DNA of 64,000 nucleotides, from contig CAYYQD010000002.1 of the NCBI GenBank assembly GCA_964473735.1, forward strand, positions 4,966 to 68,965. Direction: 5' to 3'. The notes under the pieces were generated by a model that did no database searches, had not been told where the DNA came from, and saw only the letters and a program-made list of their open reading frames with translations. Numbering within the stretch: the first letter of the stretch is position 1; every line of letters starts with the position of its first letter. Below are positions 11,839-20,937 of the stretch, one piece after another. The translations under genes and the position numbers were made by a program. This stretch comes from an uncultured bacterium. Its GTDB lineage: Bacteria > Hydrothermota > Hydrothermia > LBFQ01.

Positions 11839-12270
11839 GTGAGACTTCGTATTCTCCTGATGATGATGCCTTTGGGTCTTCTCTCCTGTGCGAAGAAGGT
11901 TCCACCGCCGGGTAAAGGCGAGTTTAGGGGTCCTAAGGTGCTCCTGTTTTTGCCGGAGGGTGGGGATACCGTACGGGATACCTTGAAGATCTACGTGTTC
12001 GCGGAGGATCCCTCCGGTCTGAGGGCCTTCACCGTCAGGAGGGGGAAAGAGGTCGTGGCTACGTTCCCAGTGAAGGGTAGGTCCTACTCCCTTGACACTT
12101 TTGTGATCCTTCCCCGTACCGGAGATACCCTCCTACCGGACACCTTAGAGATAGGGGCGACGGACAGGTGGGACAACTGGAGTGGGGTAAAAGTGGAGGT
12201 CTTTACGTATAAAGAAAGGAAAGACACGTTAAAAAACGGGAATAGAGACACGAGAAACACAGGAAAATAG
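11839..12270 (+). CDS. Hypothetical lipoprotein
   Basis: Signal peptide with lipobox (LGLLSCAK); 143 aa. Confidence 0.4.
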   Translation: MRLRILLMMMPLGLLSCAKKVPPPGKGEFRGPKVLLFLPEGGDTVRDTLKIYVFAEDPSGLRAFTVRRGKEVVATFPVKGRSYSLDTFVILPRTGDTLLPDTLEIGATDRWDNWSGVKVEVFTYKERKDTLKNGNRDTRNTGK

Positions 12271-12337
12271 AAGGTTTGCAATACTTATCGCATAAAATCC
12301 CCCCATGTCTGTAGAGCGCCCGTAGAATAAAAATAAC

Positions 12338-12637
12338 ATGACGGCGAAAGAGATAAAGGATAAGGCGATACTGGTTCTTATTCTGGACCTGCTTATCCCG
12401 GGTCTGGGGCACATCATAGCCTATCAGGAGATAGCGGAGGCCCTGAAGAGGACCGGTAAGGACCCCTCGGCCGACCCCGAAGCCGTAAAGAGGAACGGAA
12501 TAATCCAGCTCGTCCTGTACCTCGCCGGCTTTATCACCTGCGGTCTAACCTCCATAGTGGCGTGGATATGGGCCTTCATCATAGACACGCTCATGAAGTA
12601 CTACGGCGCGATGACGTCCGTACCGGAGGAGGGTTAG
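12338..12637 (+). CDS. Small hypothetical membrane protein
   Basis: The protein is 99 aa with two hydrophobic helices. Support is weak. Confidence 0.3.
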   Translation: MTAKEIKDKAILVLILDLLIPGLGHIIAYQEIAEALKRTGKDPSADPEAVKRNGIIQLVLYLAGFITCGLTSIVAWIWAFIIDTLMKYYGAMTSVPEEG

Positions 12638-12921
12638 AGGTCCGGAGGGTACAGGTAGGGTAGCCTCCACCCCATTAGGTGCATAACGAACCTCAGGAGG
12701 GTCATAAGGGTGTAGAGGGCGATCAGGAGGGTAAGGGCTCTGATCCGGGTCCTGTGGCTCATAAACGGGAAGGCGAATATGACCAACAGAGAGAGCAACG
12801 TCAAAGGGTTGTAGTACAGACTCTTAAGGACGTTCCCGTGGATTAGGGCGATGAGGGACCTGTAAGTCCCACACCCACCGTCGGGTATACTCGTCAGGCT
12901 CCTGTACGGACAGGCGTACAA
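12634..12921 (-). CDS. Small hypothetical membrane protein with an N-terminal Cys pair
   Basis: The protein is 95 aa with a CPY...C motif and hydrophobic segments. It lies tail-to-tail with the previous ORF with a 4-nt overlap, and support is weak. Confidence 0.3.
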   Translation of the reverse strand: MYACPYRSLTSIPDGGCGTYRSLIALIHGNVLKSLYYNPLTLLSLLVIFAFPFMSHRTRIRALTLLIALYTLMTLLRFVMHLMGWRLPYLYPPDL

Positions 12922-12996
12922 GGTAGGATGTTAAGGGAGAATGGAAGGGTTTAGAATCCTCTGGTAAGTTAAGGCTTCCTTTTACACATTTACCCG

Positions 12997-13036
12997 CGGT
13001 ACTACTTTGGGTACAAAAGTTAAGGAAGTGGTACCG
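12997..13036 (-). repeat. Copy 2 of the intergenic inverted-repeat element (reverse orientation), in a divergent intergenic region
   Basis: The + strand reads cggtactactttgggtacaaaagttaaggaagtggtaccg, which is the reverse complement of the element consensus. Confidence 0.7.
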
Positions 13037-13260
13037 ATGCCTCCGACAGGTTAGATCTTCCCTGCCCTTGATCGTGATGAACTGGACGGCACCGAGAGAC
13101 CTTCTTTTAAAACGGAGGTCATGGACGATACGCCCTAATCTGACATAATTCCCCGGTCTCCTTAGCATGAGATTGGTCGTACCCACGTAGGTGTTTCATA
13201 ACGAACTTAGGTGCATCGGCTCCCACCTAACGCCTACCTTACCCTCGTAAAATCCCTTCT

Positions 13261-15327
13261 ATGGAGAAGCTCTTTTACCCCGACAGCATCATCGTCTTCG
13301 GAGCATCGCCGCGCCCCGGAAACCTGGGTCGTGTGATAGTAGGCAACCTCCTCCGCTTCGGTTATCCCGGACGAATCTACATGTACTCCCCCCGTGGGGG
13401 TGTCCTCTACGGCCAGCAGATCATAAGCGACCTCAACGAGGTACCGCCGGGCATAGACCTGGCCGTCATAATAACCCCAGCCAACACCGTCCCCCACATC
13501 CTTGAAGTCTGCGGAAAGAAGGGGATAAAGCGTGTGGTGATAGAGTCAGCCGGTTTCGGCGAGTTCGCCGAGGAGAGGAGGGTGTTGGAGAGGCAGATGT
13601 TGGACATAGCCGAGGAGTACGGTATAAGGTTCGTCGGACCCAACGGCCTCGGCATAATCAACCTTGAGAAGGGGGTGGTCCTTCCCTTTACGGCCATGTA
13701 CCCGGAGACCACCAAGGCCGGTAACATCTCCATCCTCTCCCAGAGTGGAGGCATAGGTCTATCCTACATAGACCTGCTCTCCTTTGAGAATCTGGGGGTG
13801 AATAAGTTCGTGAGCCTCGGGAACAAGCTCCAGATGGACGAGAACGACTTCCTTGAGTACCTCAACGCCGACCCCTCCACCCGCATCGTCGGGATGTACC
13901 TTGAGGGTATAAAGGACGGGAGACGGTTCATGGAGGTGGGTCGGCACGTGACTAAACCCGTCATAATCCATAAGTCCAACACGGGTAAGTCCAGTCAGGG
14001 GATAGCCAAGTCCCATACGGCCTCCCTTGCCGTGGACGACCGCATAGTGGATGCGGCCACGAAGCAGTTAGGCTTCGTCCGGGTACATACCCTCCACGAC
14101 ATGATAAACGCCGCCAAGGCCTTCTCCCTCCCCCCCATGCGGGGGAACCGTCTGGCGATAATCTCCCGCTCAGGGGGGCACGCGGTCGTGGCGGCAGACG
14201 CCGTGGACGAGTACGGTTTTGAGCTGGTTCCCTTCTCCGAGCGTTTCCTCAAGGAGGTGAGAAAGCACTTCCGCGCCAACGTCATAAACCCCACCAACCC
14301 CCTTGACTTGGGCGATATGTTTGACTTCAACCTGTACGTAGCCGTGATAGAGCAGGCCTTAAAGGAGACCCAGCTGGACGGACTCGTATTCCTCCACGTC
14401 TATTCTCCCAATCAGGCAGACATATCCCGTCCTCTCATCCCCAAGATAAAGGCCCTGTCGGAGAAGTACGATAAGCCCATAGCCGTGGTGATCTTCAGTA
14501 CGCAGGAGGAGGTGGCCACCGTGAAGAAGATGTACGACTTCCCCCTCTTTGACGAACCGGGGGACGCCCTTAAGGCCTTAGCCGTGAGCAGGGACTACTA
14601 CATATACAAGCCCCGCTTCATGGACACCCACAACCCCGCCGTGATAGACACTTCCAGGGTGGCCGAGATATTAAAAGGGAAGGAGCAGCTGGACTTGGTG
14701 GATGCCCTGAGGCTGGTGGAGGCCATAGGTATAAAGGTGGCCCCGTACCGCTTCGTGCCGCTGGGTGAAGACCCCCTGAAGTACGCCTCCGACCTCACCT
14801 ATCCGCTGGCCGTGAAGATCGTAGCGGACGAGGGCATACACAAGACGGACGTGGGAGGGGTGGCCCTAAACGTTAAGGACGAGGAGATGCTCCTCAAACG
14901 GGTCAGGGAGATGGAGGAGAGTGCCAGAGCCTACGGCATAGACTTCAAGGGATTCCTCCTTCAGGAGATGGTCAGGAGCAGGAGGGAGCTCATAGTGGGG
15001 GCCAAGCTGGATCGCCTCTTCGGGCACGTGGTTCTCTTCGGACTGGGTGGCATAATGGTTGAGGTCTTCAAGGACGTGTCCTTAGGTGTGGTGCCCTTCG
15101 GGGAACCGTGGGCCGAGCACATGATAAAGAGCATAAAGGGGTACAACGTTCTTCAGGCCTTCAGGGACGAGCCCAGGGCGGATATACCCGCCATAAAAGA
15201 CGCCATACTGAAGGTGGCCAAGCTGGTTCAGAAGTTCCCACAGATAAAGGAGCTGGACATAAACCCCCTATTCGCCCTGCCGGAGGGCAAGGGGGTGGTG
15301 GCCGTGGATGCGAGAGTGGTGATTTAG
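13261..15327 (+). CDS. Acetyl-CoA synthetase (ADP-forming), fused alpha-beta; NDP-forming acyl-CoA synthetase family
   Basis: The N-terminal CoA-binding/succinyl-CoA-synthetase-like region reads IIVFGASPRPGNLG...AVIITPA. The C-terminal ATP-grasp part is present and the length is 688 aa. Confidence 0.8.
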   Translation: MEKLFYPDSIIVFGASPRPGNLGRVIVGNLLRFGYPGRIYMYSPRGGVLYGQQIISDLNEVPPGIDLAVIITPANTVPHILEVCGKKGIKRVVIESAGFGEFAEERRVLERQMLDIAEEYGIRFVGPNGLGIINLEKGVVLPFTAMYPETTKAGNISILSQSGGIGLSYIDLLSFENLGVNKFVSLGNKLQMDENDFLEYLNADPSTRIVGMYLEGIKDGRRFMEVGRHVTKPVIIHKSNTGKSSQGIAKSHTASLAVDDRIVDAATKQLGFVRVHTLHDMINAAKAFSLPPMRGNRLAIISRSGGHAVVAADAVDEYGFELVPFSERFLKEVRKHFRANVINPTNPLDLGDMFDFNLYVAVIEQALKETQLDGLVFLHVYSPNQADISRPLIPKIKALSEKYDKPIAVVIFSTQEEVATVKKMYDFPLFDEPGDALKALAVSRDYYIYKPRFMDTHNPAVIDTSRVAEILKGKEQLDLVDALRLVEAIGIKVAPYRFVPLGEDPLKYASDLTYPLAVKIVADEGIHKTDVGGVALNVKDEEMLLKRVREMEESARAYGIDFKGFLLQEMVRSRRELIVGAKLDRLFGHVVLFGLGGIMVEVFKDVSLGVVPFGEPWAEHMIKSIKGYNVLQAFRDEPRADIPAIKDAILKVAKLVQKFPQIKELDINPLFALPEGKGVVAVDARVVI

Positions 15328-15346
15328 GCGCCGGTATAATACCGGT

Positions 15347-16561
15347 ATGGAGAGGTACGACGCCGTAGTAGTCGGGGGAGGTCCCGCCGGCTCAATGGCC
15401 GCCCGCAGGTTGGCCGAGGGGGGAGCGAAGACCCTCCTCTTAGAGAAACGGCCCGAGTTCGGACAGGTCGTCCAGTGCGCCGAGGGAATATCCCACCAGT
15501 CTCTGACGCTCTACTTTGACGCCGACCCCAGATTCATAGCCTCCGTGATAGACGAGGCCCGCTTTTACTCGCCGGATGGGGACTTCTTCACCATCAGGAA
15601 GGAGAGGGTGGGGTACGTCCTTGAGAGGAAGATATTTGACAGGCACGTCGCTCAAACGGCCGCCGAGGCCGGGGCCGAGCTTCTAACCAAGGCCCACTTC
15701 ACGAAGCTTGAGAGAAAGGGGGAGGTGTGGCACGTGCGTTTCAAGTACGGGGGGAAGGAGGAGGTCGTGGAGACCCGCCTGATAATAGGCGCGGACGGTC
15801 CCGGCTCCAGCGTGGGGAAACAGGCCGGACTGAAGCTGGACCTCGCACCGGAGGACTACCACTACGCGGTTGAATACTTCTTAGTCCATCCGGCGGTTGA
15901 GGACGGGAGGATAGACTTCTTCGTGGGGGACTGGTGCTGCTGGAAGGGGTACGGATGGAGTTTCCCCAAGGGAGGACACTACGGAAACGTGGGGGTGGGC
16001 GTCGCCGTTCTACCGGAAGGGGAGTCGGCCGACCTCTACCTCAACCGCTTCGTCTCCCACTACTTTAAGGGGGCCCGGATAATGGGTAAGACCAGCAGCG
16101 TGGTGCCGGTCGGTGGCCACAGGATGCAGATCTACGGGGACGGCATAATGGTGGTGGGGGACGCCGCCCGCCTTGCCGAGCCCATCTCGGGGGGAGGGAT
16201 ACCGGCGGCCTTGATTTCCGGAAGCGTAGCCGGTGAGGTGGGGGCGAAGGCTTTAAGGGAGGGGGATCTGTCCGCCCGGAGGCTCAAGGAGTACCACGAC
16301 CGCTTCTGGGAGATAATGAACAGGAGGGAGTACGAGCTGGCCTACGAGATAAGGAGGGTCTTCCTGAAGATGGACGACGACGACCTTAGGTACATCTTCA
16401 CTAAGCTTAAGCCCCTGTTTGATGGGGTTGAGATAGACGAGATAGACGCCTTCAAGTGGGCCCGCTACATCTTCACCAAAGCGCCTGACCTTCTCCTATT
16501 CGCCGCCAAAAAGGCCGGACCCGCCTTCGTAGATTACCTCCGGAGGGCCGTGGGGTTATGA
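15347..16561 (+). CDS. Geranylgeranyl reductase family FAD-dependent oxidoreductase
   Basis: The FAD motif is YDAVVVGGGPAGSMAARRLAEGG. The length is 404 aa and the overall pattern is GGR-like. Confidence 0.75.
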   Translation: MERYDAVVVGGGPAGSMAARRLAEGGAKTLLLEKRPEFGQVVQCAEGISHQSLTLYFDADPRFIASVIDEARFYSPDGDFFTIRKERVGYVLERKIFDRHVAQTAAEAGAELLTKAHFTKLERKGEVWHVRFKYGGKEEVVETRLIIGADGPGSSVGKQAGLKLDLAPEDYHYAVEYFLVHPAVEDGRIDFFVGDWCCWKGYGWSFPKGGHYGNVGVGVAVLPEGESADLYLNRFVSHYFKGARIMGKTSSVVPVGGHRMQIYGDGIMVVGDAARLAEPISGGGIPAALISGSVAGEVGAKALREGDLSARRLKEYHDRFWEIMNRREYELAYEIRRVFLKMDDDDLRYIFTKLKPLFDGVEIDEIDAFKWARYIFTKAPDLLLFAAKKAGPAFVDYLRRAVGL

Positions 16562-17457
16562 TACCCGTACTTCTGGCGAAGTCCTATACCTCCCTGGAGG
16601 TCAGGCTTACGGAGATGTTGATAGGGAGGAGCGTGAGCGGATACGTCGCCTCGCGCAACGGGAGGTTGTTTGACGAGGTCGGAGGGGTGATATACGTTAG
16701 CCGCCCTAACCTGTGGTTGATGTTCTCCCAGCCCTTCGCCGCCTGCTCCGACCTCAAGGTCCTGTACGGGGGACAACCGGCGGACGTGCGCCTTCTGGCC
16801 TCCCCCCTCCTTGAGGGGGACATAAACCTCCTGGTATGGAACAAGGACCTCCCCGACAGGGTGGCCGTGGTCAGGCTGAGGGCGACCTTAAAGACCGACA
16901 CCCTCATCTACAAGGTGCCCGGTTTTCGCCTGAAGGTGCGTAAGGGTAAGTACGTTGCCGAAGACACCGTTTCGGTCGTGTCCGTATCCGGCCCACGGAT
17001 AACGTGTGAGGAGAAGGAGGTACGCCTCTTCCATCTCGGTAGGGCAGTTAGGGACCCCACTTTTATATGGACGGGTAGGGAGATATGGGTTCTGGACGGC
17101 AGGGATCTATTCGCCTACAGGAAGGGAAAGCTGGTCCATCTTCGGTCCTTTAAGGGGGAAGTCGTACCTGCATCCACCGGAGAGGGAACCGTGGCCTTTT
17201 ACCTTCCTTACAGGGATGACCTCGTGGTACTGCGCTTTTCACCGGATTACTCCGGGGTTAAAACGGAGAGGGTCAAGAACGTCTCAAGGGACGTTGGTGG
17301 GGAGTTCGTATCCATACACACGGTGAGGGAGGTGAAGGAGGGAGAGCGCCCCGGAGGGTGGGTCATCGTTCTGGCCTTCAGGCAGGACGGCGCACTCAGG
17401 TACGTGAAGGTTAGACGGAAGGGGAGCGGGTACGTGGTTGAAAGTACCGACCGCTGA
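16558..17457 (+). CDS. Hypothetical protein
   Basis: This 299-aa ORF overlaps the stop of the upstream gene by 4 nt. No recognisable motif was found. Confidence 0.4.
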   Translation: MIPVLLAKSYTSLEVRLTEMLIGRSVSGYVASRNGRLFDEVGGVIYVSRPNLWLMFSQPFAACSDLKVLYGGQPADVRLLASPLLEGDINLLVWNKDLPDRVAVVRLRATLKTDTLIYKVPGFRLKVRKGKYVAEDTVSVVSVSGPRITCEEKEVRLFHLGRAVRDPTFIWTGREIWVLDGRDLFAYRKGKLVHLRSFKGEVVPASTGEGTVAFYLPYRDDLVVLRFSPDYSGVKTERVKNVSRDVGGEFVSIHTVREVKEGERPGGWVIVLAFRQDGALRYVKVRRKGSGYVVESTDR

Positions 17458-17518
17458 TATGCGGGCCCGCCCCGAAACTGCACCGTACCGTCTTCCGGGC
17501 TTATAATATCCACCTCGC

Positions 17519-17591
17519 GGGTCCGTAGCTCAACAGGCAGAGCACCCGGCTGTTAACCGGGGGGTTGCAGGTTCGAGTCCTGCCGGGCCCG
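17519..17591 (+). tRNA. tRNA-Asn (anticodon GTT)
   Basis: The fold is a hand-drawn cloverleaf. The acceptor GGGTCCG/CGGGCCC has one G-U pair, and the D arm is GCTC-AACAGGCA-GAGC. The anticodon arm CCCGG-CTGTTAA-CCGGG carries U33 and A37. The T arm is GCAGG-TTCGAGT-CCTGC. No CCA is encoded. Confidence 0.8.
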
Positions 17592-17597
17592 CTTATT

Positions 17598-18314
17598 TTG
17601 TTTGGATTCTTGGACTCTGGACTGGGAGGGCTGGTGGCCCTCCGTGAGTTTCGCAAGCACTCCGGTGGTGAGGTTATTTACCTCGGGGACCTGAAACACC
17701 AACCTTACGGCGCCAGACCGAGGGGCGAGATCGTCTCCCTGTCCGAAAAGGCGGTCTCCTTTCTCCTTGACATGGGTGCCGAGGAGGTCTTCATCGTGTG
17801 CAATACCATCTCCGCCAACGCCTTAGGCTCCCTCCGTTCTAAGTTCGGCGTACCCATCCACGGTATAACCGAGTGGGTGAAGTACTACACTCCGCCGTCC
17901 GACAGGAGGGTGGTCGTCATAGGGACGAGGGCCACCGTGGAGTCCGGATACTACCAGAGGACTCTGAAAGCGGAGGGGATACCGGCACCGGAGTTAGCCC
18001 TCCTCATAGAGGAGGGCCATTGGGATGACGGGGTCGTGCGGGAGTACCTCAACGCCCTCCTTCCTGAGGGGGAGTACGTTCTGGTCTTGGGATGTACCCA
18101 CTATCCCGTCCTGATCCCCGTAATAAGGGAACTGAGGCCAAAGGTTGAGATAGTAGATCCCGCCTCTGTGCTATTCAGAAACCTAAGGAGAGAAGGGGGG
18201 GATTTCTTCGTCCATGTGTATCTAACCCGGGAGAATCCGAGGTACGAGGACTTCCTATTACGGCTGGGATACGAAAGGGATGTTTTCTCTCTTCATTTCG
18301 TACAGGATTATTGA
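17598..18314 (+). CDS. murI: Glutamate racemase
   Basis: The MurI signature FLDSGLGGL is at the N-terminus. The track ATG at 17565 lies inside the tRNA, so the in-frame TTG at 17598 giving MFGFLDSGLGG is the more plausible start. Confidence 0.75.
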   Translation: MFGFLDSGLGGLVALREFRKHSGGEVIYLGDLKHQPYGARPRGEIVSLSEKAVSFLLDMGAEEVFIVCNTISANALGSLRSKFGVPIHGITEWVKYYTPPSDRRVVVIGTRATVESGYYQRTLKAEGIPAPELALLIEEGHWDDGVVREYLNALLPEGEYVLVLGCTHYPVLIPVIRELRPKVEIVDPASVLFRNLRREGGDFFVHVYLTRENPRYEDFLLRLGYERDVFSLHFVQDY

Positions 18315-19416
18315 TGGGATAACCGTATCCGGGAACCGTTGGACCTCTACGGACTATATCCTGAAGTACTGCGGGGTTAAGGTCGGGGATACCCTGACGG
18401 ACAGCACCCTAACGGCCGTTAAGAGGAGGCTCTGGCAGCTGGGACTGTTCAGGGGCGTAGAGGTGTGGTACGATGCGGGTACTCTACGCGTAGAGGTCAA
18501 GGAAGCGTGGTACATTTACCCCTTTCCCTATATCAGCGTATCAACGGTTGAGGTGGCCTACGGCGCAGGTATTCAGGACATAAACTTCCGGGGTAGGGGG
18601 GAGAACGCTTACGTCTTGGTTACGTACGGGGACAGACGCACGTTTATGGTCGGGTGGAGTACCCCCACCCACAGGATGGTCAGGGAGGTCCTCTCCGTTG
18701 AGGGTGGTAAGGAGTTCTACAGGTCCCAGCTCTACCGTATGCCCATAGACCGATACTTCCTGAACCTCAAGTTCAGGAGCGCGCTTGAAGGTCCCTGGCG
18801 GTTGAAGATGAGAGTCCTGCTCGGTGAGGTCGTATCCGACAGCTCTCACCTTCTCTACCGGCGGGAGGGGGACAGGTTCCTCGGCGTGGAGACCTCCATC
18901 TACAGGGACACGCGCGATTGGGAGAACTACCCCAAACGCGGTTATCTCATGAAGGCTGATTTCACCTCGTATTCGGGGGACTTCGCCGCGTGGGTGTACG
19001 GTGGGGATTACGAGGGGTTCTTTACGGCGGGCAAGATTACCTTCGTACCCTACGTATCCTTCAGGGGTACCTTCGGGGAACTGCCTCTCTACCTCCGTCT
19101 CCCTCTCGTAGGTACGTCGGAGATAGTAAGGGGGAGCTACCCGGCTACCCGCATCCTCGGGAGCAGGAGACTGGTTCTATCCGGTGAGGTCAGGTACCTG
19201 ACCTTTGAGAGGTTCCCGGATCCTTTGGGTAGGATAGTGGAGGGAGGGGCGGCCGCCGTACTATTCGCGGACGCTGGCACCGTTGATACCCTCAGGGCGG
19301 CGGTCTTCGGGGTCGGTGCCGTCGCGTACACCCCCTTCGGCTCCTTCACGGGCCTGATAGGGTACGGTACCGGAGGGTTAAACCTGTTCTTCGGTGAAAG
19401 CCGCCGCATCTGGTAG
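18280..19416 (+). CDS. Omp85/surface-antigen (D15) family outer-membrane protein with a single POTRA-like domain
   Basis: The POTRA-like segment is GDTLTDSTLTAVKRRLWQLGLFRGVEV. The C-terminal region is beta-rich and Gly/Tyr-rich, ending ...GESRRIW. It overlaps the murI end by 35 nt. Confidence 0.5.
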   Translation: MFSLFISYRIIDGITVSGNRWTSTDYILKYCGVKVGDTLTDSTLTAVKRRLWQLGLFRGVEVWYDAGTLRVEVKEAWYIYPFPYISVSTVEVAYGAGIQDINFRGRGENAYVLVTYGDRRTFMVGWSTPTHRMVREVLSVEGGKEFYRSQLYRMPIDRYFLNLKFRSALEGPWRLKMRVLLGEVVSDSSHLLYRREGDRFLGVETSIYRDTRDWENYPKRGYLMKADFTSYSGDFAAWVYGGDYEGFFTAGKITFVPYVSFRGTFGELPLYLRLPLVGTSEIVRGSYPATRILGSRRLVLSGEVRYLTFERFPDPLGRIVEGGAAAVLFADAGTVDTLRAAVFGVGAVAYTPFGSFTGLIGYGTGGLNLFFGESRRIW

Positions 19417-19444
19417 GACGTTGCCGCTTTAGAATCCGCACTTC

Positions 19445-19708
19445 ATGGAGGTTGATAACATCCTGGAGGAGGTGAAGTTCTACATTATGAACCGCCGATA
19501 CGACGAGGCGGAGAAACTCCTGAAGGAGGCCCTGAAGAGATACCCCGACGACGAGGACCTGTTGTACAATCTGGGGCTGGTGTACGAGCTCCGGGCGGAG
19601 AACCGCAAGGCGATGGACATATACAGGAGGATCGTGGATATCTCCTCCGGGGGGCGGCGTAGAAGCGACGCCCTCAAACGGATGAGGAAGTTAGAAGGTA
19701 CCGTCTGA
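19445..19708 (+). CDS. Small TPR-repeat protein
   Basis: The protein is 87 aa with a TPR-like repeat (YDEAEKLLKEALKRYPDDEDLLYNLGLVY). Confidence 0.4.
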   Translation: MEVDNILEEVKFYIMNRRYDEAEKLLKEALKRYPDDEDLLYNLGLVYELRAENRKAMDIYRRIVDISSGGRRRSDALKRMRKLEGTV

Positions 19709-19709
19709 T

Positions 19710-20909
19710 ATGCTCTGGAACGAGAGGGTTGAGGTTTTTACCCTTACTAACGGACTTACCGTTTATCATCAGTACTACCCCGAAGCGGTCGCGGGGGTGG
19801 TCGTACTATACAGGGTGGGTTCGGCCTACGAGGAAGCCGGGAAGACGGGCATGGCCCACATTTTGGAGCACCTGATGTTCAACGGAACGAAGAGATACGG
19901 GCCTTTCAGCAACTACGTTGAGGCCTGGGGAGGGTACGACAACGCCTTCACGGACAGGGACATAACCCTGTACCACACCGTAGTCCCGGCCGATAGACTC
20001 CCGGACGTTCTGCGACTTGAGGCGGACAGGATGGAGAACCTGACCTTCAATAACTTCGGGGCCGAGAAGTCGGTAATATTGGAGGAGTACCTCCTGAGTG
20101 AGAACGAGGACGACGAGCGGTTATGGACGGAGGTCTTCGCCCACCTGTGGCCGGATTCCCCCTACTCCAACCCCGTCAGCGGATGGCCGGAGGACGTATC
20201 GGGCCTAACGCTAAGTGATCTGGAGGACTTCTATGGAAGATATTACACCCCCAACAACGCCCTACTGGTGGTCGTCTCCCCTTATACTCTGGAGGAGGTC
20301 AGGAGGTACGTCCGGGAAGCCTTTGAAAAGATAAGTGCGGGCTCCGGGGTAAGAAGACCCCCCCACGGACCTCCCCCCTACCGGTGGTTCAAGAGCGTAA
20401 CGGTGAAGCTGAAACGGCCCAGGCGTTTCGTTCTGGCGTTCCGTCTCGGCCGACCATCCCTGAAGTACAACACCGTTCTAAACGTCTTTACCCGGGTTCT
20501 GGACCTTGAGAGGTCCTCCCCCCTGTGGCCGTTGGTAGAGGAGGGCCACATTGAGATGTTCAACGTGCGTAATTACGAGTACGAAGGGGGAAACGTAGTA
20601 GCCGTTATCGGAGAGGTATCACCGGGCAGCACCGTTCCCTCCGACAGGATAATGGACGTGCTTACGGGATTTGTCCCACGAAAGAACATCGTTGATAGGG
20701 TGAAGAGGATGTTTAAGAGCGAATTCGTCTTCAGCTACGAGGAGGCGGAGAGTGTTAGCATCAACGTCGCCCTGACCGCCTACCTGTACGGTGAGGTGCC
20801 GTCCCTCTCCGCCAGTCTGCGTATGTACGATGAGGTGTCCTTGGAGGACCTGATAGCCGTAAGGAGGGACCTCGGCTCCGCCCCGAGCGTGCTGGTGATG
20901 TACGGATAA
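19710..20909 (+). CDS. M16 family zinc peptidase (pitrilysin-like)
   Basis: The inverted zinc motif HILEHLMF is followed by a downstream Glu; the length is 399 aa. Confidence 0.75.
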   Translation: MLWNERVEVFTLTNGLTVYHQYYPEAVAGVVVLYRVGSAYEEAGKTGMAHILEHLMFNGTKRYGPFSNYVEAWGGYDNAFTDRDITLYHTVVPADRLPDVLRLEADRMENLTFNNFGAEKSVILEEYLLSENEDDERLWTEVFAHLWPDSPYSNPVSGWPEDVSGLTLSDLEDFYGRYYTPNNALLVVVSPYTLEEVRRYVREAFEKISAGSGVRRPPHGPPPYRWFKSVTVKLKRPRRFVLAFRLGRPSLKYNTVLNVFTRVLDLERSSPLWPLVEEGHIEMFNVRNYEYEGGNVVAVIGEVSPGSTVPSDRIMDVLTGFVPRKNIVDRVKRMFKSEFVFSYEEAESVSINVALTAYLYGEVPSLSASLRMYDEVSLEDLIAVRRDLGSAPSVLVMYG

Positions 20910-20937
20910 TGACGACCGTATAATCTCATAGCATCCG

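Noticed and set aside
12670-13220. Shared 9-10-mers CATAACGAAC and TAGGTGCAT at 12675-12696 (inside a gene) and 13197-13219 (leader of the acetyl-CoA synthetase gene)
   Set aside because: The two blocks occur in swapped order, so they form neither a direct nor an inverted repeat. They are most likely coincidental.
17565-17597. ATG start of murI given by the ORF track
   Set aside because: It lies within the T-arm of tRNA-Asn. The TTG at 17598 gives the canonical MurI N-terminus.
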